Below, in pieces: positions 55,601 through 64,000 of a stretch of 64,000 nt of DNA. Where the stretch lies: assembly GCA_965285935.1 (NCBI GenBank), contig OZ260664.1, positions 19,468,001 to 19,532,000 of the forward strand, read 5' to 3'. Both the position numbers and the translations under genes were made by a program. Numbering within the stretch: the stretch's first letter is position 1; each line of letters begins with the position of its first letter. This stretch comes from Ophelia neglecta (taxonomy: Eukaryota). Under the pieces are notes generated by a model, which saw only the letters and a list, made by a program, of their open reading frames with translations, was not told where the DNA came from and did not search any database.

Positions 55601-56264
55601 CATAATAAGGAATTATTCCCTTTTATAGCCTTCATTATATTTGATGTTTATAAAACGTCCTGGGTTGTTTGAAAAATTAGCGTTTTTTGTGTCAGTCGTT
55701 GTGCACTTTCTATTATTTTCTGGTAACTATAATGACGTTTATGTACTTTTGGTTAAAGTTTAAGGCATTGACGGTCATAATCAAATACATGTTTTGGAAT
55801 ATCCGGTGGTTTGAGATAAATCGTTCTCATGGTATGACTTAAAAATCGGCCACTTTGTGGCGTTACACACAGACGACGAGCAATTGGCGTTTAGAATGAA
55901 AAAGCTATTCTCCAAACATTGGTATCAACTTGGACACATTGCCAAAAATATAATATGGACTACACTCAGTGCATCGTACACTCTTTGTACCTCGGTCAAT
56001 GCGCTCGTCAGGCTTGTGACTAGGTCAGGATATTATTGAATTTGCATCTGCAAAAGATGCTACTGATTCGACTAAATGTGATTATTATCACTGTGGATTT
56101 AAGTAAAATGGGAGTTGATAGCCGGAAAGCAACATTTTCGGTCAAAAATATATTCAGTAAATATAATTAAATTGATAATGAACCAACTACAGCAGGCTCA
56201 CAAACATCACATCCCAGCCACAGAAACATCGTTCCTTTCCTAATTTTAGTCAATGAAATACGTG

Positions 56265-56555
56265 GGATAAAACCGGAAGTAGATTCCCGGCGGACAAACA
56301 AAATCATTAACCGAAGACTGTATATTAACTCGGTCTGATATCTCCGGGAATTACCAGCCAACGGTACACATGCAATAATCTCCAGTTCCAGAACAGTATA
56401 TAAACTGGTATCGCAATTTTTTAAAATCAAATATTAATTTGATATCACTTGCAATAAGAAATAGTCAACAGTTTTCCTTGACGAGTCAGTGGTCAACGTA
56501 CTACACAGAGGTCCCAATACAACACAGGATAAGAGAAGGATGTAAAAGGTCCTCC
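56265..56555 (+). repeat. Dispersed repeat family A copy (internally deleted)
   Basis: CAAAATCATTA, TTGATATCACTTGCAAT, CAGTTTTCC, GAGTCAGTGGTCAACGTA, AAAAGGTCC blocks. Confidence 0.6.
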
Positions 56556-57868
56556 CATGCTGCAGAGTAAAATATGGTTAATCTTTTCGATCGAGCATTT
56601 ATACTTTATACTTTCTTTACCTTATTGCTCCAGGTCAAATGGTTTTCGGGCGAAACGGCGGTAAAGATTTCAACGTTTGAAGTGAACATATGGTAGCTTT
56701 TGTATTGTACTTAACATCGCAAGTCTAAACATCTTTCAGCTTGACTTCGGGCAAATAAGATGTCTAGAATATGGGCTTAGTTGTACATTTCTAAGAGTAA
56801 CTACCTGTACTATTCCTTGATACTGTAATAAAAAGCACATTTTGTCTAAAAAAAGCATCCACTGTCTCAACCAGCATTTACTCCGGCCATGCTTCTTAAA
56901 CCCCAAGCTCCATAGGTGCTATACGATATCCTAAAATTCTCAAATTCTCAATTGCCCACGGCTATATACGCTCATATTAGGTTTACTAAATGTAATTAAA
57001 AGGTGGCAAAAGTGGTCGGTAATCGGATCTAAGTTCATATCATGTCGCTAAAATATTTCATCAATCTAATAACATATTATTAGATTTCAGCCTTATTTTA
57101 AGTCAAGCCAGGCGGAATGTTAGACAGTTACAGACTTGATAATTTTATTTTTCCCATTAGACAGGACAGGATACCTGCATCCTAAGCGAGACCAAAGTAT
57201 AACATGTCATGAACTTTACCCTTGTCCCACCCTCCTTCCATAAACACATACTCAAAAAGAGTTGGGCAACGGGAGAAGAAACACATTCCCTTTTGTTTGC
57301 GATGACTATGCATCGCATGTCATAATGAACATTTCTTGTGTCTTTTTTAAGATATATAAAATAAATCTAACATTTTGGTGGCAGATAACAAAACGCAAAA
57401 ATGATATGAACAGCTGATGTTTGCTTTTGTTCTACTCGAAAATGACTCTTCTCATGCCCAGGATTGTACGATTATAGCATTGCTTTCCATGTGTTCAATG
57501 AATATATTGAGCAGGGGTTAATCAGATTAGTTCCCAAGCATAGCCTATATCTTCGTCACAGTCTTCGTCTCCAATGAATTGCACAAGCATTTCTTCTGCA
57601 TTTCTTCACATTTGTCTCATATGAATCGCCAAATCAGGGCATAGTGTGTAGCAGATTTGCTAAAGACCGCTTCCATTAAGACCCGAAAAAGTATTTCTTA
57701 TACATATATAGGTGTTCTAATCAGGGCCTTGCGGGAAGCACATTTGATCATAAGAAAGACGTATTCATGGGCTCTTCTTTTTATCACAATGGCGGACGTT
57801 CATAATCTTTGACAACCCAGTGCCAGTTATTGGAAAAGGTTTTAACTCTTAATCGGATTTAAGATATG

Positions 57869-58030
57869 ATTAAAGTGCTTAATCGGTGTAAACTAGCTAA
57901 TCGGGATTTCTGAGAGCTAGGTCTGATCTTGAACCTAGCCATATCGGCCTAAACTTAAATACTGGCCAATGGGAACAACGATTAACCTGGCCTCAGCTAT
58001 TCGGCAATAGGTTAATATAATCCCTATACT
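57869..58030 (+). repeat. Dispersed repeat family C, copy 2
   Basis: Diverged match to 21352-21505. Confidence 0.7.
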
Positions 58031-59126
58031 TAAGACCGTTTCCATTAGACATGAGCTGGTATTTCTTCTACATATATAGGTTTTCATATACCTAGCGTTT
58101 TTCAGCTTCTATCTGTCATTTTCTTCGGGATGTCTAAGGCCTGATTTTCTCAGTCACTCAAGCCGATCTGTCCATTGTCTACTATCAGGAAGTTAATGAA
58201 AAATAAATAGTGTATACACGGCAGGCAAAACAAAATTGCCAATCAAGCTTTGTCCTTTTAATTGACCAGGTAATAAACCAGTACTCCACACACAAACGTA
58301 CTCATCTACCTAATAATAAATGAAATTGTAATAGAATTAATTAGAAGAAACTAAAATCAACACCAAAGAGAATGGGAATCAGTTTGCAATTTTCCATGGC
58401 GTGTGCCAAAGCACGGAAGAAAAGAGTCAGTGGTCGATTATGAAATATGCCCTAGAAGAGTCTACGTTCATTAAAAAATGTTCACATAATTGTACACTTT
58501 AAAGAGGATATCGTGGGATGCAAAGTTGCTAATTATTAGACATAATGCAATTGCAGACTCTAACGTGGACACGAAGCTTAACATTTGAATTTTTATGAAA
58601 AGTAATTTGCCTCAACCATTCCATGAGTAAGGGAGATTATTTTTTCTTGTGCTGGAGTATACCACATATAAGAGAGCTAAGTCGGCCGCCGACTCTGCTA
58701 GGGCACGGTTTTTTGTCTTACTACACTCACAAATGACTCTTCTTCAGAGCTCCCAGTGATTTCGAACCGATGTAATGGACATTTCTTTATCAATGATTCT
58801 GGCATCTACTCCCATTTCTTTTCTTGTCTGATACACACAGTGGAGAAGTGGGCATTGCATATCATTGCTAAGTGACGTCATAATTTCAGTGAAGATTTCA
58901 ACCATAATATTTCAAATTATAAGCTGCGAAATGTTAATTACCCTGCAGCTGACGGTTGAAGACTCTGCACCAATTCATTCGATAATTCTCGACTACAGTT
59001 CATTGTCTACCGGGTATTTACGGCCGTTTTTGTAGATTTAGATTTATTCGCTCGTGGCCTCTTTGAGACATGGAGCACAAGCAATTACATAAACGTACAT
59101 ACAAATAGAAACATGAAAATACAGCC

Positions 59127-62100
59127 TCATGAACGATGAAGTACAAGAATCTTCTTAATGAATAATGTTAACGAGCGGAAGATATTAGTGTTACTGATCA
59201 GCTGTGTGAATTTCAACATGCTTGGTCTACTGCGGTAATATAATGGGAGCATTTGTCTGCGAAGTAGAACAACTCTTTCGTCAGTGCATTCTAACAATGC
59301 ATGAAATTCGTCACCTAGCTTGTTACAACTACATAGAGTACAATAACGTTCCAATCGTGGTACACCAACATATCTACCAGTTTCTATAGGTAACACATGG
59401 TTACTCGTTCTGAACCGACAAAACTCAATAGCTAGTTTGTGCGGGAGACAATCCAGGTAAGCTTCAGATTCAAAAGTATTTTTAAATGATGCGTAGGTTG
59501 TGCACAGTCATCGGTTTGCGATGTCTTCAGACCACATTTGAATATACTGATCTTGTAATTTTCTGTTGACATGTAGCTTAACCCAAGTGAGATTTAGGCC
59601 AGCGGCCTGAGACATAAACATGTTAGAGCAACCACAGTTGTCAAGAATAGACTTAATTTGATATAACCACGGCGAGGTGTACATTCCTTTCTGGTGCATT
59701 TCATAAATATATCTATACAATGTGTAACTAAGTTTACATTCTTTACCGCTTACAAGCCTGGCCCAGAAACCAATCATTTTCGTTTTAATATTTACCTCAA
59801 GTGGATAACGGCCGCACTCACCATACACCATTGAGGAACACGTGGACGATTTTAAACCAAGGACATATTTACAGAATTTGGGGTGAAGCCTCTCCACAAC
59901 CGTATTGTCAGCATATCCCCATACTTCACATCCGTAATTCAATATAGGCAAATCATGGTGTCAAATAAGTCCAGACGGAGCTTAATTGGTAGATTTAAGA
60001 TGTTACATCTACTCAAGACAGACATCATCGCTCGTTGAGCTTGCTCTACTAAATGTATCTTACACTTTTTGTAACTCCCAGAGCTGCTGAGAACAACACC
60101 AAGATACTTAAATTCCTTTACAACCTCCACTCTTTTGCCGTTGTACATAAAATTGTGTGTAACCCTTCGACCTCTACCAAATATGCAAACCTTAGTTTTA
60201 TCTGGATTGACAGTTAGGTGCCACTTACGACAATACTCTGACAGATCGTCCAAACCTTTTTGGAGCTTGAAAGCGGTATTAGCAAGAATAGCGGTATCGT
60301 CTGCATATAAAATGAGCAGAATTATAATTACGCCTTCGGCATCCACAAATACACCGTCATTCCCTCGATCAAACAGGAATGATTCTAGATCGTTAATAAA
60401 GAAGGAAAATAGGAGTGGCGATAGGTTTTCCCCCTGCCTTACACCGGTTGAACATATAAAATAGTCACTAACTTTACCATTTTTGGCCACGCACGACCTC
60501 ACATTTACATACATATTTTTTTACAACACTTACCAATTTACTGTTGAGACTAAGCCCTTGACTGTGTAACTTCCACCAGAGAGCTTGCCGCCAAACCATA
60601 TCAAAGGCTTTGTTGTAGTCAACAAAAGCACAAAACAGATTTTCCTTACGAAAAAGCATAATATCTATGATGCATTTAAGTGAAAATATCTGGTCCATTG
60701 TGTGGTAGCCCTTGCGAAACCCAGCTTGATTTTCCTTCAATAGGTTGTTTAATTCACTAAATTGACATAGACGATCATTAATAAGACTTGTGAAAAGTTT
60801 GCCCATGCAAGATAAAAGTGTGATACCACGATAATTTGTCGGGTTACATTTTTCCCCCTTTTTAAATATAGGTACAATTATACCAATAGTCCACGATTCG
60901 GGAATTTGGCCGTTGGATAGTATAGTGTTGAACAATGTAACATATAAAGGCAGAAAAATGTCTGTTGTATGTATAATAAACTCGTTAATAATGTGGTCCA
61001 TACCACAGGCTTTGCCACGCTTCAACTTTTTAATTGCACACAGTATTTCGTCAGCAGTAAATGGTTTATCCAACGAGAGGAAGTCGATATTATTATCACA
61101 ATTATCTAAGGAGGGGAGTTCTTCGTTCTCCTCTAAATGCGTCGACTTCCCAAGATCTCTGAAGTGGTCATATAGATCATTCAAGGATGCCTGTATATCA
61201 GCAGTTTTGTTTTTCATGTTAAGTAATCTCCAGTATTCTTTGGAGTTGCTTTTCTTAAGATTGGTCAAATTCTTTCTAAGAAGTTTGTTTGCCGCTGATT
61301 CGGCTTTCTGGCGCTCTCTTTTTAATGCCCTACTATGGCGAACCAGATCCTTCCGAGTTTTAGCCAATCTGAGGCGCTGGTGGGTCCTCTTTGCGTGATT
61401 GTATCGCGACTTAGCTAGCTTATACTCAGTGCCGGTGAAGTGATATTTATGCTGCCTTTTATTAGTTAGGTCAACATTTGGTCTAGGATGTACAGTCGGA
61501 CTCGAAAATGTGCTGATAGCACTGTCCAACATCACACCAGATAATAATTTAACCACATGATCAATATTAGGGTTAACACCGGCTAGTAAATTGTTCAACG
61601 AATTAATTTTCGCCTTGTCTAGATTATTTACAAAATCTAGTATTTTATCATCGCGCCACCTTTTGTAGGGTACCTTATGACTATTTGCTTGATGGTCCAC
61701 ATTAATGGCGGTCTCTGCGCCCTCAGACTCCAGACATGTACTAAAATACACAAAGATGGGCTTGTGGACATCAGACAATAGAGGGTCAAAGTCGAGTACC
61801 TCGAACGAGTTAATTTTGATGCAATATCAGGAGAACCAATAATATAGTCAACAATAGTACCGTGTGTGGTGGTTGCCGCTCCTTGCTGAGCGTCAACACC
61901 TAACCGACCATTGAATACTATAAGCGAGGTGCTTTTACATAAATCTAATAGACGATTGCCGTAGTACAAATCATTGTTAATGTCTACTGAAACTCTTGTG
62001 AGTGGAATATCAAAGTTGAATAAAATACTTCCAGTGTCTATAACATTAATATACTCTTCATTCACTCCCACCTCATCAAACAGCCTATGATCAAATAAAG

Positions 62101-62635
62101 TTATATCACTCTTCGTCCGTGTATGGGCATTAAAATCCCCAGCTAACAAAAAGTGGTAAGAATCAACACCCTGGGTCACAATGAAGGTTTCCAAGTTGTC
62201 ATAAAATTCTATACTAGAAAATCTTGATTCTTTCGGCGGGATATAAACATTGCCGACAATCGTGTCCTTGTCCAGGCCAAGTATAGATTTGTCAAGTTTA
62301 AACCACTGGCAAAAATGATTGTCCCTGTCAATAATAGTGACAAATTTCTTAAATTTAGACCTTATTGCAATTAATAAGCCCCCGGACCTTCTTATAGCCA
62401 AGCTTGTCCTATTTCTGAAATAGACATAATACCCGTACTTGAGAAATTCGTTCTTAATGTATTCATTACAAGTATCATCCAATTTAGTTTCTTGTGCACA
62501 AATGATGTCGTAATGACACAATTGATCAAAAACGTCTGGCTTATTCATTAAGCCACATACATTAATAGACAATAGTGAAAGATTGTTGGGTACTCTCTTC
62601 TGAGGTGTGTGATTCGCCTGTGCCCCGTCGCGCCC
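59127..62635 (-). pseudogene. LINE ORF2 (endonuclease, reverse transcriptase, CCHC), disrupted
   Basis: APE motifs SINVCGL, CAQETKL, VYIPP, AGDFNAH, VDYII, SDVHKP; RT motifs NYRGITLL, QAGFR, FVDYNKAFD, YADD. Frameshifts near 61815, 60518 and 59950 and an in-frame TGA at 59508-59510. Confidence 0.9.
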
Positions 62636-63958
62636 CTATTCTCCAGCCTGGGACAGCGGTGTGTAGCGATTATAGTTCGGCCCTATGATACCGCCCCCCG
62701 CACGGCGGTTGCCCCGATACCCGCCTCTTCTGCCCCGCCTCCCCTCCTGACGGCGTGGATTCTGTGTGTCGTAGTTGGCAGGTGGGTCATCTTGTCGCCG
62801 AGGCTGGGACCAGACTGGCCGCTCTTGTTGTGGCTGAGGGTTAGGAGGTGGCGGCGGCGGCGGCGGCGGCGGCGGCCGTGGACGAGCAAAAGGACGGGCT
62901 CTACCTTGTTGAGCTTGCCTTGGACTAGTCGGGGGTTGGTCTCTCCTGCGGTCGTCCATCTGTTGTAAGGGTCGCAGTACAGTATGGGCCGTCAACCGGT
63001 AGTTGTCGCCCAATACGGGTATGTTATTCAACATTGCCTGGATGTTCAGCTCCATTGCTCGCTCCACGTGGGGTTTACAGGCACGAATGAATACAGACTT
63101 GAATTCTTCGGAGGTGTTCAGGTTTTTCTTGTTTTTTAATATTGCTATTTTCTCATCCCGTGAACTGAAGGCAATCTTGACAGGAGCCGGTCTATCCACG
63201 AAATTCTGCTTAAGGCGGCGTATTTGTTGGACAGCAACTCCATTCTCGTTCGCAGTTATACAACCGATCATTCTTTTCACAGTTTGTTCAAGATTTTCTT
63301 CGGTTTGTGGAAGGCGGTAGACTATAACAGTTCTGTGACAGTTATCCACTGGGTCGCCCTCAAGGGTACGAATTCTGCTCTGTAACTGGCCGATGGTTTG
63401 ATTGATATTCTGCAGCTGGTCACTGATGGTTTTCGAGACGCCATCCAAAACCAGGCTTTCGATAGAAGACTCCATTACATTCACATTATTTTCTACCTCG
63501 TTCATCCTCGCTTCCAAATGTGTGTGTGTGTCCATATCCACCGCGTTGCCTTCCAACTGGAGGATTCGTTTTGATAGACTGGCTATATCACCAGAAAGCT
63601 TGTTTTCAACGCCAGACATATTATTTTCAAAGTCAGTAACCAATTCTTTCTTTAGGTCGTCAAATTTCGAGTCCAAATATTGGTTAGAAAGTTCTTGTTT
63701 ATCGATCAGTTGTTGGATGAGGTCCCTTGTTGTGAGCAGGCTGGGAGAGCGAGAAATTGGGCTGCCCCTACGTTTTTTGCCTTTTTCTGCACGCTCGCTG
63801 ATTTCAGAGAAAGACAGCAGTAGTCCTGACTGTGGTGGCGCTCGTCCTTCCTCCGAATCCTCCGGGTCAGTGGGGATAAGCATGGGACTCCCCTGGCCCA
63901 ATGACATATCTGAGTCCGTCGAACCCGGCATAATCAGCTGTTCATGGCATTCCGTCAA
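62636..63958 (-). CDS. LINE ORF1 protein (coiled coil, RRM-like domain, Pro/RGG-rich tail)
   Basis: Uninterrupted 440-codon frame, open to the window edge; first ATG at 63931; heptad-rich middle, RTVIVYRLPQ...PAPVKIAF...VFIR RRM-like segment, poly-Pro and RGGYRG tail. Confidence 0.8.
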   Translation of the reverse strand: MTECHEQLIMPGSTDSDMSLGQGSPMLIPTDPEDSEEGRAPPQSGLLLSFSEISERAEKGKKRRGSPISRSPSLLTTRDLIQQLIDKQELSNQYLDSKFDDLKKELVTDFENNMSGVENKLSGDIASLSKRILQLEGNAVDMDTHTHLEARMNEVENNVNVMESSIESLVLDGVSKTISDQLQNINQTIGQLQSRIRTLEGDPVDNCHRTVIVYRLPQTEENLEQTVKRMIGCITANENGVAVQQIRRLKQNFVDRPAPVKIAFSSRDEKIAILKNKKNLNTSEEFKSVFIRACKPHVERAMELNIQAMLNNIPVLGDNYRLTAHTVLRPLQQMDDRRRDQPPTSPRQAQQGRARPFARPRPPPPPPPPPPPNPQPQQERPVWSQPRRQDDPPANYDTQNPRRQEGRRGRRGGYRGNRRAGGGIIGPNYNRYTPLSQAGE

Positions 63959-64000
63959 TGTAGAGGTCAGAGCGTGTTTGTCCAGTAGTAGTTTGCTGCG

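Larger units (their letters stand above)
59033..64000 (-). mobile_element. Non-LTR retrotransposon (LINE), RTEX-like, near full length, 5' end beyond window
   Basis: ORF1 plus ORF2 with APE, RT (GVRQGENLSPLLF, LYADD, KYLG) and C-terminal LPIETGRY...CX2CX9HX4C; short 3' UTR ending AATAAA-(TAAATC) tail. LINE identity is firm, clade is tentative. Confidence 0.92.

Noticed and set aside
60135-63320. Plus-strand ORFs 60135-60464, 60913-61398, 62609-62968 and 63003-63320
   Set aside because: Antisense shadows of LINE ORF1 and ORF2.

Overview
Eukaryotic, AT-rich animal genomic DNA. The repeat content (Meta-type SINE, RTEX-like LINE) suggests a lophotrochozoan, possibly a mollusc; this is inference only. 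The window holds one host gene on the minus strand, which I assembled by hand into 17 coding exons (38806 to 2231; 3441 nt, 1146 aa; all introns GT-AG and phase-compatible; intron 1 is 24.7 kb). It encodes a class C GPCR of the GABA-B receptor family whose diagnostic segments best match the GABA-B-R3 subunit described in insects. At the right end is a near full-length minus-strand non-LTR retrotransposon (ORF1 plus APE-RT-CCHC ORF2, four disabling lesions). Its ORF1 and ORF2 lie in the same frame, separated by a single TAG, with no ATG before the endonuclease domain, which suggests stop-codon readthrough. The rest is intronic or intergenic: a young tRNA-derived SINE with a 16-bp TSD, two TA-flanked MITEs, several old dispersed repeat families, two 44-bp minisatellites and simple repeats. 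No prokaryotic systems or CRISPR arrays are present. Homology statements come from recalled family motifs, not from searches.
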